DNA of 50,927 bases. It comes from Trichoplax sp. H2. Lineage: Eukaryota. The stretch spans positions 558,001 to 608,927 of the forward strand of contig NOWV01000029.1 in assembly GCA_003344405.1 (NCBI GenBank), written 5' to 3'. This document shows, piece by piece, positions 29,080 through 41,637 of this stretch. The stretch's first letter is position 1, and the number at the start of each line of letters is the position of its first letter. Under the pieces are notes generated by a model. The model was not told where the DNA came from. It did not search any database and was given only the letters and a program-made list of their open reading frames with translations. Made by a program: the position numbers and the translations under genes.

Positions 29080-31062
29080 ATGGACGAAGGAGAGGCTAGT
29101 CGTAGAAGCGAAGATGATTCTACCGATCGCGACAACCAGCCTCAAATAGATAAAGGAGAGTTTGATGATCAAAATGAAGTCGAGGAAAGCGGAGGCAAAG
29201 AATCTGAAAGGAAGTCACCTGCCAGTGAAGAATTAGAAGAAGGGGAGGTATGCAGTGACGAAGAAAAAGAAAATACGAAGCAAGACGTAAATATTAGTGA
29301 GGAAGAATCTTCATCCAAATTGGACCAAGGTGAAATTGATCCACCCGTTGCAAATAGTCAAGTTCGCGACAGCAATAATAGTGGTAATGGTTTTGGCATG
29401 GTAGAGAATAGATATCGCAACAATAGAAATGATGATTTAATGCGCAATTATGCTGCAGAAGATTGCGAAGCTCCTCATTCATATGACAGAGGTGGATGGA
29501 ATAGAGACCAAGAGTTAAGGTATGATAGAGCTGCTCGTAAGCCTACCCCACCACCTGATAGATTAACTTCTGCATGGGAGCTCGGGATCAAGCAAGCGAG
29601 AGAGGCAAGAAAGAAAAGTGAAAAGAGAGGACAAACAAAAGATTCACAAATAGATAGCTACGAAAGTCGATATTATAAGGATGATTATACCAATACAGAT
29701 GAAACTATTAGAAAAGAGAGAAGGGATGAAAATTACGATTATGATCGTCGCGATTCTAGAAGAGGAAACTTCAGGCGCGATTTCTCTCCATCGGATAAGG
29801 TATTCTATTAATATTTTTTTTTATGTACTTTTTGTGATCAATTATTTTATCATAACTGACTTTATTTTTAATTTCTTACAGAGAAACTACGGTGGTCATT
29901 CACCCTCAGATGATGGGTATATTAACTTGCTATTGTTTCTTAAAGCATTCAATTCATACAAAGTCATAAATTTATTAGTAGTATCGACTAGACTTGGAAA
30001 GCTAATATTATGCCACAATATTATACTGTAGATCCGAAGTAGGCTATCAACGTTCTAATCGCCGACCTGATGATTGGACTGACCCATGGCGGAGATCGCC
30101 ATTTAGAGCTAGACATTCATCGGGATCTCATTGGAATCGAAATGACAGATATGAAAGTAGACGACGATATTCCAGGTCGTATTCTCGCGATAGAAGTAGA
30201 ACTCGTTCGAGATCTAGGGATAGGTATCCTCGATCACGTCACAGATCTCCATATTTTAGGTCTGTTTATTACTCCTCCTATATAGTCGTTGTAAAGTTAT
30301 GAGAATTTCAATTAATCATGGCCTTGAAACCTGTATTTTACAGTCCGAGCCCGCACAGGAGTAGATCTCTTAGAAATCAGGGTCGTAGAGATTACGATGA
30401 TGAAAGTTATCCAATTCATTACCGTAGAAGATATGATGAAAGAGAGCCTTTCGAGCATGGTGATAACTCTCATGGGTACGACATTACGTAGTTTATCGAG
30501 CAAATATAAAATAGAACAGTAACAAACATATTTGTTATAAGCTATAAATGTCATAGCATTAATGTCATAAAAAGTTTAGACAAGTTATGGGGTATTTAAT
30601 AGTTCGATTAACTTAAAGTACGTACTTTTTTACAGGAGATATCGAACCCCCTCGCCAAATTACCGAAGTTCTATGAACGAAAGAAGATCAAGATCGACAT
30701 CGAGAGGCCGTTACGTTAGTATCTCATATGTATATATATGAATCACTAAAGTGCTACAGTATAGATGAACTTAACAGAAATCCTTTTATTATTCTATTTG
30801 CTAATTGAACAAGTTTTAACCGACTTTTATATCGATAAATTATTATCAGGAAAAAACCGGATCGGATAGACCTCATTCGGGATCTCGATCTCCGTCAAGA
30901 TCTCCGCACTCTGGTAGATCGCGGAGGAGTACGAAATCTGGGCAGCAACCGAATTCTTCTAAGCGGAAAGAGCAACTATTACAAGAGTTGAAGGATGTTG
31001 AAGATGCAATTCGAAGAAAAAAGACTAAGGGCAGCATGCCCTTTAACGATAAGGAAATATAA
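29080..31062 (+). CDS. ZC3H18: ZC3H18-like RS-rich protein, 6 exons, 468 aa
   Basis: Exons 29080-29799, 29882-29916, 30032-30259, 30344-30475, 30636-30714, 30850-31062. Blocks ELEEGEV, SAWELGIKQARE, DPWRRS and C-terminal RKEQLLQELKDVEDAIRRKK match ZC3H18 motifs as recalled; no CCCH finger. Confidence 0.82.
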
Positions 31063-33387
31063 TTAAGATGGAAAGCTCGGAATTTCGCTTTCTTATAGCT
31101 CATCATATCCAATCATATTCAGGCAATGTCATCTTTACTGTTTTATGATTGTCGGTTGTCTTTAGAGTTCTCATTAAAGCCTAATTGTTAACGACATGAT
31201 CCTAATTTTATAAAGACATTACCTTGTTGTGTACAGGTTTTGTAATATATAGTTACGATTGTAATGTCATCCACAGAATTATCATACGTAATGTATCTTT
31301 TAACGATATAAAAAATTGTAGTGTCACTATTATAATATATGTTGTACTGTACTTGATAGTATTGCGTATTTGCTCTTTACTGTAGATTGTATTGCAATAA
31401 TCACAATATGACATTTATTCATGTAGCAGTATCATCCAATGCTGCTTTTAAGTTAAAAATAACAAGCAGGTCATTTTAAGTACTAGCAACACAGTTGGCA
31501 TATTGTAATTATCTGCGCTACGCTAGTCATTGTCTTTGCTAAAATTATGCATTAAATTTCTTATCAATTATATATTTCTTTATGGTAATAATTTTTTGTG
31601 TCGCGTTAAAAGCTTAGTTATCACTGCTATAGCTTTACGTAGTATTTAGTGATGTACTGTACTGTATCTACAAAATGTTTACTTTTTTTCGTGAATATCC
31701 GATAAAAATGAGATTGACTACTGTATGTAGTACATGTACAGTGATCTGCAGGTTAGTATATATTTTCGATAGCCATCCTATACTGTGTTGACGTTCAAGA
31801 ACCATTTTAGTGAAGATTCAATTGATATACGCCTACTGCTATTTGCTAATGTTTACATTCGTTAAATCGAATCTGGTAAGAAAATATCAAAATTGTGTAG
31901 ATATTTCGAGAATACTATACTGTAGTAAAACAATTAAACTAGTTATCTGAATATGTTTTCATAGGTTTATTTCCTTTCACAGCTTATAGTTGTGGCTGCT
32001 TGAAATTATTTTATTTTACTTTGTTAACTGAAATGTTTCACGACTCGAGGATCGTTTCATTTAGTTAAGTCGCTACTTATTTTAGATTACTTATTACTTA
32101 TAGATACTCCCATAGCGCACATGTATATATCACAAATTTATATGTCGTTTACTTATCGATAAGTGCAATTTTTAGAGATTGCATTATCCGAGTCATAATC
32201 CTCACTGGTACTTTACAGACGAGTATGAGACAAACTTTATTATATACTTAAAACTGTCTTAACAAAATCAATCGGTCAACGTAGTCAATGACTAGAAAAA
32301 TATCGGTAGTCATCGATTTAGCATAAGCAATCAGTAAGTTTTGCTATAACGTAGTTAAGATATCAGTTTTAAATAATTAGATGGGTTATTTATTATATTA
32401 TATCTCTATCATTAATTTAGTACTCACATACATCAATGAATTAACAGCACGAGGCATAGCAGTGATATACGAACAGATTATTTCTAGTGAAGTTTTCTTT
32501 ACGTATAATGTCTTGCTTTTAACGTAGGTATGAACGAAGGCAATTACGTGATTCGTCTTAAATAGCTTAGTGTAGTATACGAATTTATACACATACTCGT
32601 AAGTAACACTGTGAATGATGAAATCCTTTCTCTATCGTAGAATTAATTGCCAATACTTCATGCTTTATCGATACACCTGTGTATTCGACAGTTAAAAGCC
32701 TACTCCTGAATTTCTAAATTTGCTGTATTACTCACGCATATCATGGCAGACTGTAGTACAGAATCAGAAAGTTCTAAAGGAGTATTTATGATAGTAGCAA
32801 AAATATCGTGCTATGATTACCTCTGTTCGAGGTTCAGTCACAAGTCGTATGATAAATCCAATATTAGGATATAATATATACATTTGCTTGTGTACATCTT
32901 TGTAATAGACTATGATAGTAATGATATCGTTTTATCAATTAGATATAATTTATGCACTCGCTAGTTCTGTAATGGCTTTAAGACTTAAAAATTTTATGTA
33001 AAAAAGTTTATTAATAATTATTAATTAGTGAAATAATCCCATGTTGTAGTTATTCCATGTGCGAAATTTTTAACCGTGCATAAGAAAACAAAAGCGCAAC
33101 ACTAAAAGTGAAAGAAAGCGGAGCTCAGAGATGTGATAGATGCAAATTACAGTCACAATCGAATAACTGCAAGTATATATATATATACACAATTATACAT
33201 ATAAATATAAATATACACCAACAAGATCTATGATGATTTCATTAAGAAAGTGTGCAGATAGTTCCGTGAACTACGGAAAGAGATTTAAATCTTGCTGCAA
33301 GTGTGTCAAGATAATAAATTGTTAGAAAATAAAGAAATTAGACGTTTAAAGGCATAATGTCACTTGTATGTAACGTCGACTAAAGTG

Positions 33388-36300
33388 TTATCTAATTTTG
33401 TTAACGACGTTCAGCTTCTGTTCTAGGAATAAAATCGTTTGATCTTTCTCTTGCATTTGTGATTGTAATTGTTCGACAGCAGTGTGTAATTCTTTGTAAG
33501 AACGCATAAGACTTGCAATTTCTGCATCTTTTTGTTCCAATTTTTTTTCCATTGTTGCAATGATCTATATTCATGATCAATACCATAAATTTATTAGTAT
33601 CATAGTTGCTCATGTACAACATCGTTAGCTTAAGTTAGATTGTCTTTGTTAATGTGCTACTTTATGTCAGTAAACCTGGTCTGCAGATTTGTAATACTTT
33701 AATTTCAAGATTTCACTTGCACTAGGTCTTTTGGTAGAGTCTTTATTAGTCATTAACAATATCGTTTCGCTCTGGAAGATAAAGCATAAAAAAAATCATG
33801 TTCTTGATAATTAAATACATAAGTTATACTACGTGACGAATGATTAAAATAACAGTTAAAATGATCTATAACCTCTTCAGGCCATTCTTGTAAAAATTTG
33901 CTCGGCAAGATTCCATCTCGCATCTTACTTATTGTTGTCACTCTCTCCATATCAGTACCAAACACATGGAAAAGTTCAAAAAGTATTACGCCTAGGCTAT
34001 AGATATCGGACTATAAGAGAAAATGAATAAATTAAATAATTATGACCGTAACACTTATTTCCGGAATACTAATATATTAAGGCTAATCAAAGAGTTACTG
34101 GTAATGCATTGATAAAGCCGTAGAGATCGTGATCGAAATAGAGCATACGAATATAACATATACGGTATGTGCTATGCATCGTTGAGAAGTCTTTGCAACA
34201 CTTACTTTGCTATCATAACATGAGCCGCTTTTTTGTTCCGGAGAGGCATAAAGAGTAGTCCCGACTCCGGAAGTTAGATCAGGGTCGGAATTAATATCTA
34301 CTGGTTATATAAAATACAAATGGTGATATCAAATGAGGACTATCTTTTTACAATCCTGTCAAAAGGTTGATATACCTATATTTATAATAATACAACATAT
34401 TACATCTTACAGTTTTTGTTAGTTGAAACGTTTTCGTCCTTATCAGATGTCAGTGTTGCAAGTCCAAAATCTCCAATCATTACTTGACCGTCAGCGTTGT
34501 TTACAAAGAAAATGTTATGGGGCTAGAATAAAATAGGAAATTGAATACTTCAGACGCTAGACGTATACTTACTGCCAATTGATTTAATAAGTATGAATGA
34601 ATGCAAGTACAAGACAATCTACCTTGATATCACGATGAATTAAACCTTGAGAATGTATGTAATCGATGCCTTCCAATAATTGTTTAAAAATGCGAAAATT
34701 TTGTGCTGGATTGACACCGCAGTGACCTGAAGAACCATATGATAAATGGTAATTCGGTATAAATGCTTCATATCAAAATTTCAAACAAATTAATGAAATG
34801 ACAACTAACAATTATTTGTGACGTCAAAATTTCGCTCGACCAACCAATTTTTTAGTGTATTTTTACAAAGACGCATTTGAATATAAAGTACAACTTTATT
34901 TGATGGACCAATCTAAAAACGATCATAGAAAGAGTTATATTATTAAATAATAGAAAGTGCGATAATAAAGGTATGAAAATAATTAGTGATTTTTTAACTT
35001 ACTCCAAAAGGAGACGCGGGACTTCTTGGAAATGGTATTCTAAAGTTACTTGGACTGCCACCTCTATATAACATTAATGCATCATTCATCGAAACGCTAC
35101 GATGAAAGGACGAGCTTGTATCATTTATGGAACTTTTTGACAAAGATGATAATGAAATTTCGCTTGGATACATCTTAGATAATAAGAACTTCTTTGCAGA
35201 TGAGGACATGTCTCGTCGACTAATGGACTTTAATTTTTGAATCAAGCGCTTTTTACGGTTTTTCGCTTCTAAACTGTGAGATGAAATATCTTGTAATCTT
35301 TGTGCTTTACTTGCATTTGATGTAGAGCTGGTAGTTTTACTGGTACTTTCGTTTGCTCTATTTTCTGATATTTTAATTGACGACGATTTATCAATTATTT
35401 CAAATACGATGCCATCACTATCTTCACTATCGTTAGTATTTCTCTGTAAATCATTGCTATTAGCGAATCTGTCGTACAAATAAAAATATTTATAGAGCTT
35501 TAGTATTTGCAGATTGACTCCAAAGGCCATAAGCTGCATAAAAGAGAAATCAATATAGTGTATGTTTATGAGTGTGCTAATAATAACTGTATCATATCTA
35601 ATGATTATTGTTAGTTTAATTTCGTACTTGTCATAAGTGGAATCATCAACGTTAGTTGATAGATGAGAAGTAACTTGTGAATTACTAGTACCGGAAACTT
35701 TGTAGTTAATAAAAACAAATTAGGTAGTTGCTTCAAGTTGTTACGAATTTATGGAAAAATATGTAGGTAAGATATATACTCCCAAAAATTCAACATTAGG
35801 AAGCGTTAATAACAGAAATTGAATCAGCCTGCATGTACTAGTATAACGGTTAGAAAGGAAAAATTAAATTTTACCGGAATCAATTTCATCCATTGTTTCG
35901 CATTCTAGCCATGCACTATTGTATCGAACTATATTCGGATGTTCAAGGCGTGATAATACACGGACTTCTCGGAATACCTTAATAATTAAAAGACATGTAT
36001 TTGATGAAAACTTGGTATACCGTAGTAATAATACAAGTACAGTATATAATTTTATAGCCATACAGAGCATCTAACGATGTCAGACAGTATGAAAAATTTT
36101 AAAGTGATTACTTTTTATCAATAAAAGATAGAAGCCTAAGTCATGGGTATACAACTATTACAAATGATAAACATTTTAGATCTTTTAAATAGTTACATAG
36201 AAACATATATTAATAAAACTTTAAAAGATTTTTATGAGGAATACCTTTTCAACTTCTTCTAGTTTTACATGTATCTTTTTGATTGCATACGAATTACGAT

Positions 36301-39300
36301 CAACTTTGTGAACAGCCTAATATTACAGGTAACATGGTTAGGAAGTGAAAATTTTTCTGACAAATGATCGTATCCGGAGAAACGTATTAATTGCATATTA
36401 GGAAAGTTACTTTGAATACACGTCCGAAGCCGCCACCACCAAGAAATCCAAGTTCTTCAAATTCTCGATGGTAATGCGACGATATAGTAAATGTTTCTGA
36501 ACCGCTAGAGAATAGCAATTCCAATTGAAAGGGAATATTTCCATTAGCTCCTAATATTGACTGATTTACTGACATAATAGAAAGGCCCTATAATAAATAG
36601 CATTTTTGGAGTTAGTTGTTACAGTCACGTCTCTATTTTAGTACTCTGTTTATTCATGCCTACAGTTAACTCACATTACGTTCTAAGACCGCTTTAATAA
36701 CTTGTAGAAAGTCAGAACCTAAGGAACTTCTAATTCTTGAAAACTCCTCAGCTGCGGCTATAGCTAGCGTCTATTAAGTTGTACGCAGGCTTTAGTTGCA
36801 TTTATTAAGATTTATTATTATTTACTTAATTCCGTACGTATAAGTGTTTCTTAAAGTAAACTGTGCAAAATGACGTTGATGTTATAGCAAGAACAGAATA
36901 GGTAATAATTATTACATAGTTGAATTTAGTAGTAATATTCAGGCCGAGATAATACAATACAGAGATAATAAGCTTTAAATATTCTTTTGCAAATTTTTTC
37001 TTATTAGGGTAAAGAATAAAGAAGCTATTGGTGTGTTAAAGCTATTTTTCAATATTAGTCGATAGCGATTATACCTTGTGTTTGAGATGAGATTGGATAA
37101 TGTCTGACGGGTAGTTATCCAGGGCAGTAAATATATACATACAATATATGAATATAGCATACAAAGAAATAAGATAAGTTTGATATAAGGCACTACAGTA
37201 GGCATAATAAATATATCTAATATCTTTTAAACGTATTATTCGATTTTAAATTGCTTGACGTGATAGGTGTTAAACACTAACAATGTATAAGTATGTAATA
37301 CACTGCAGTAAGTAGGATATGTTAAATATCTTTGAGATGTATTCTTGAATTTTAAATTGTATAACGTAACAAGTGTTGAATATGGACAATACATGAGTAC
37401 GTTAACAAAATCGATCAGTTAGAGTAATACTGTATAGATAAAGTTTGCTTATTCTATCTTCCTATAACTAACAACATGTAACGCACGTTTCAACTTACCT
37501 CTTATAATCTTCTTGATCTGCTGTTCGTCAGCACCGCATAATTTGAGATATTGTTCTGCCATAGTGATCAGCATAATACCTGTATCGATATTACTCATTG
37601 ACTCGGAGTCGAAAGTTTTAGCTAACAAATCATATATCGTCGAAGAACCAGCATTTGCAAAACCAGTTCTAGCAAATTCAATGTGATCGATACTGTAATC
37701 GACAATATTTTCTGATGGATCAAAAGCATGTGTTTGTTTGCTTTCATACTGGTGCATGCTGCTGACGGCCTGGACATTATTCGAGAGTAGATCGCTATCT
37801 GTAATAGAAATAGAACAAAAATGATTACTGTGTAACAGAATCAACATACTCGTACAGAGTAGAATATTTGTATATTCTATATAGTTTCTATATATCCGAT
37901 GTTATGACATCAAATACTAATTAGTTATTGTAATGAGATATAGAAGCGCCCATATAGTAAATAATAACGGCCTGGAGCTTGTGTGGTAGCATTGCAATTG
38001 AATATCTCAAGAATCGCCAGTTGATGATATGATAAAATAACTTTGATATTCAATAGATGGTTGCTTCGTCTCACGATCTTATTTACAATTAAACGATAAT
38101 AATATAATATGTAGTACTCGTAGAATGTACGGGTCGTTAACAGGTTAGATATAGCGGTCCAGTTTAACGTGCCTATTTTTATATTTTACGTCAACTGAGA
38201 CATGTTTAGGCATTGAAAGGAGTTTATACAGAAAAGGGATGCGAATTGATGAATGATATCGTAAAATGTTCTATGTCATGGCTATCCGTAGTATTTCTGA
38301 TTAATGAATGATTATTTTATTAAAAGGTGGAGGAGAGCCTTTTAAAAGTAGACAATACATGACATAGTTGTAGGATACAATTGATGTTATCTGTGTGGAT
38401 AATAACACAACAGAACAAATAGTAAGTCAGCAGAACAAGCGGTAGTACAGTAATTCTTGTTAGCATCAATCTGCTTATTATCCTTACGTAGTGTATAATG
38501 TATTTGATATTAAGGGAATCAGATATAATTTACTTTCTGAATGGACGCAACTCCTAACACAATCCATTACATTAAGCAATCTCTACTAGTAATGCCAATA
38601 ATTATTCAACGTCCCATAGTGTGCGGCACGCCAATTATACGCATATATAAAGACATTCAGGCTATTACTTAATCTACTCCATTGATATACTCGTATAATT
38701 TGATTCTGGGAATTATTTTAAAATGATCGCGATGGTTGAAGAGTTCTTCAAGGCGTTGCATCTCTGTAAGCATATTGTAATTTATTGTACACTTGTCAAT
38801 AGTTCAGAAATAGTAGATGGAGTTTTAAGAGATTAAGAAATAACTTTAAACGTATATTGATATCAATAAGAGAATAATCAGTTGCAATCAGGGATTAAGG
38901 AGACAAGAGATAGAATAGATTAGATTAAATTAAATTAAATAGATTAAATTAAATAAAAATGTTGATATCTTGATTTTGAACAAGATTGAATTTGACGTCA
39001 GATCCGTCTGTCTGTTCTTGTCAATTGCTCTTATACTGTAAATAGACCAAGGTGTCCATCAAGTCGTCAGTAAATCACTATCGTATGATGGGATCGATCC
39101 TACAAGTGTGGCGATGGAAGCAATCCAAAATGCTATTTAATTACTCGAATTCGACGTATAGTAGACTCATCGTATCAAGTTTAGGGAAGTCTAATGTGGT
39201 ATTTTTATTTTATTCTATGTCAGTTATTGGTTCAAGTATGTATGAATGTGGTTTGCGTAGAATACTACAGTACAGGATAATATGACTAGTATAATCAATA

Positions 39301-39392
39301 TTGTTATGATCGTTACCATCGAATTCAGTATGGGGTCCGGGCGATTCAAGGCCGTCTTCGGAAATATCGCTAAGCTGATCGGTTTCATTCAT
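33388..39392 (-). CDS. EIF2AK1: eIF2-alpha kinase, HRI-like; about 16 exons, about 737 aa (first exon(s) less certain)
   Basis: Exons 39392-39317, 37798-37499, 37103-37075, 36770-36675, 36587-36411, 36316-36245, 35977-35875, 35697-35628, 35468-35003, 34912-34810, 34726-34623, 34522-34411, 34300-34206, 34010-33873, 33771-33676, 33564-33388. Motifs LGGGGFGRV, YAIKKI, REVRVLSRLEHPNIVRY..AW, large kinase insert, LYIQM.LC, HRDIKP.NIF, IGDFGLA, TSGVGT.LYASPEQ, FGTDMER, C-terminal coiled coil. Confidence 0.9.
38911..38955. repeat. Degenerate (AGATT/AAATT)n microsatellite
   Basis: tagaatagattagattaaattaaattaaatagattaaattaaat. Confidence 0.6.
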
Positions 39393-39858
39393 GTCGACAT
39401 TCTTGTAACGTTAACTTGATAGATAATGCACTTGATCCACGACGGGTAAAGGGATAAAGATAATTGTAAGTTATTTATTTATTTTAGGGTGTTGGTTGGC
39501 TTGATGCAAGATTGCATTTTAATTAGAAGCTTGTCGCCTGATAGAAAATTGCTTCAATATTGTAGTAATGTTGATGTCGATTGGCTAAAGTAGCTACAAT
39601 AGCCGATTGCTACTCATCTTGAATCAATCTCAACTCTCCAATACGACAATAACTCTTTTGGTATGGAAAGAACTGTAGAAGAAGGAGAATTTGACCAATA
39701 TTAATGGCAGGCCTAGCCCATGAACACCAGCACCATCATGTTGTTTACAATCTGTGCGATTGACTACGCCCGCTCAGTATTCACTCCACTACAACGTCGT
39801 GATCGTTGTCTAGATCAAGTGACTGCAACAGACGATCGATCGTTAGCCTATCGTAGTA

Positions 39859-40336
39859 TTGTCATTGGTGATATGTTTAAGACACTAGACAATCGGCAGA
39901 CGGGTCATACTTTTGAATTGAATCGCTTGGCTTGGTACCGCCTGCGGCTGCGTGTGGCTGTATCGTACCATACTGAACGTCGGATGCACGACAGATACGT
40001 AGTCACAACTGATTGGTTGCAGAGTTGAAAGAACTTTCTAGAAGACTGCTCGCGTACCAATGCGGTACTCCCCTACTCCGCTAGTATGGTATGGTTGTCA
40101 TCGGTGATATGTTCAAGACACTAGACAATCGGCGGAAGGGTCATACGCTTTTGAATTGGATCGCTTGGCTTGGTACCGTCTGCGTCTGCGTCTGGCTGTA
40201 TGGAACCGTACTGAACGTCGGATGCACGACAGATACTGTACGTAGTCACAACTAATTGGTTGCAGAGTCGAAAGAACTTTCTAGAAGACTACAACATAAG
40301 CGTTCGCGTACCAATACTCTACTAGTATGGTATGGT
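39859..40336. repeat. Tandem duplication, two copies of about 240 bp
   Basis: ttgtcat(t/c)ggtgatatgtt at 39859 and 40095; both copies end ctagtatggtatgg. Confidence 0.95.
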
Positions 40337-41637
40337 ACTACAAAGCAGAACAACTATTGTCTGCATCATTCCACAATCAAATCATCAAGCTCGGAGCTCA
40401 AATTCAGCTCGTGAGCAGAAATGATCGCTCTAAAACGCTTATACAAGCTACCGAGATGGCATTTTGCTCTTGCTGTAAAGCATACGCACATTAACTAGTT
40501 TTGCAGAGTTTGGACCAGTGTACTGTACACTGTATGGTCGGTTCAATCAACATACTGTACTGTACAGTACAGTACAGTACAGTACAAGTCCAGCTGTAAA
40601 TAGACTGTGACTGGTACTGTCATACAGTACAAACTACTATCTTACAGTACTGTACACTCTACTACGAAGCAGAACGACTATTGTCTGCGTCATTCCACAA
40701 TCAAATCATCAAGTTCAGCTCGTGAGCGCCTAAATCGCTTATGCAAGCTACCGAGATGGCATTTTGCTCTTGCTGTAAAGCATACGTACTGTATATTAAC
40801 TAGTTTTGCAGAGTTTGGATTAGACCAGTCAGTGATCGCTTCAATCAGCATAAAGTACTGTACTGTATGTACTGTACAGTGTACAGTACAAGTCACGCTG
40901 TAAATAAACTGTGACTGGTGCTGTCATACTGTACTGTACAGTGTACAGTACAGTAGTTATACGGTACAAACTACTATCTTACAGTACAGTACAGTACTGT
41001 ACTGTACTGTACGTATATCTCGCATGGGCTACCACTCTACCAGTCCATGCTACAGTATACTGTACTGCACTGTAGACGCGTATGCAGCACTCTACTACAA
41101 AGTAGAACGACTACTGTCTGTGTCATTCCACAATCAAATCATCAAGCTCGGAGCTCAAGTTCAGCTCGTGAGCAGAATGATCGCTCTAAATCGCTTATGC
41201 AAGCTACCGAGATGGCATTTTGCTCTTACTGTAAAGCATACATTAACTAGTTTTGCAGATTTTGGATTAGACCAGTGGTCGCTTCAATCAGCATACAGTA
41301 TGTACTTTACAGTGTACAGTACAAGTCACGCTGCAAATAGACTGTGACTGGTGCTGTCATAGTTACACAAACTACTATCTTACAGTACAGTATATCTCGC
41401 ATGGGCTACCAGTCCATACTGCAGTATACTGTACTGCACTGTAGACGCGTATGCAGCACTCTACTACAAAGCAGAACGACTGCTGTCTGCGTCATTCCAC
41501 AATCAAATCATCAAGCTCGGAGCTCAAATTCAGCTCGTGAGCAGAAATGATCGCTCTAAATCGCTTATGCAAGCTACCGAGATGGCATTTTGCTCTTACT
41601 GTAAAGCATACATTAACTAGTTTTGCAGAGTTTGGAT
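40337..41637 (+). repeat. Four tandem copies of the helicase upstream region plus start of exon 1, separated by TACAG-rich spacers
   Basis: Block ctac(a/g)aag...tttgga starts at 40338, 40662, 41095 and 41464; only the last continues into the helicase Q motif. Confidence 0.95.

Noticed and set aside
38534..38763. Two possible extra HRI exons (EMQRLEELF..., LLNVMDCV...)
   Set aside because: Phase-compatible, but they need a rare GAG acceptor and show no homology I recognise; left out pending RNA-seq.
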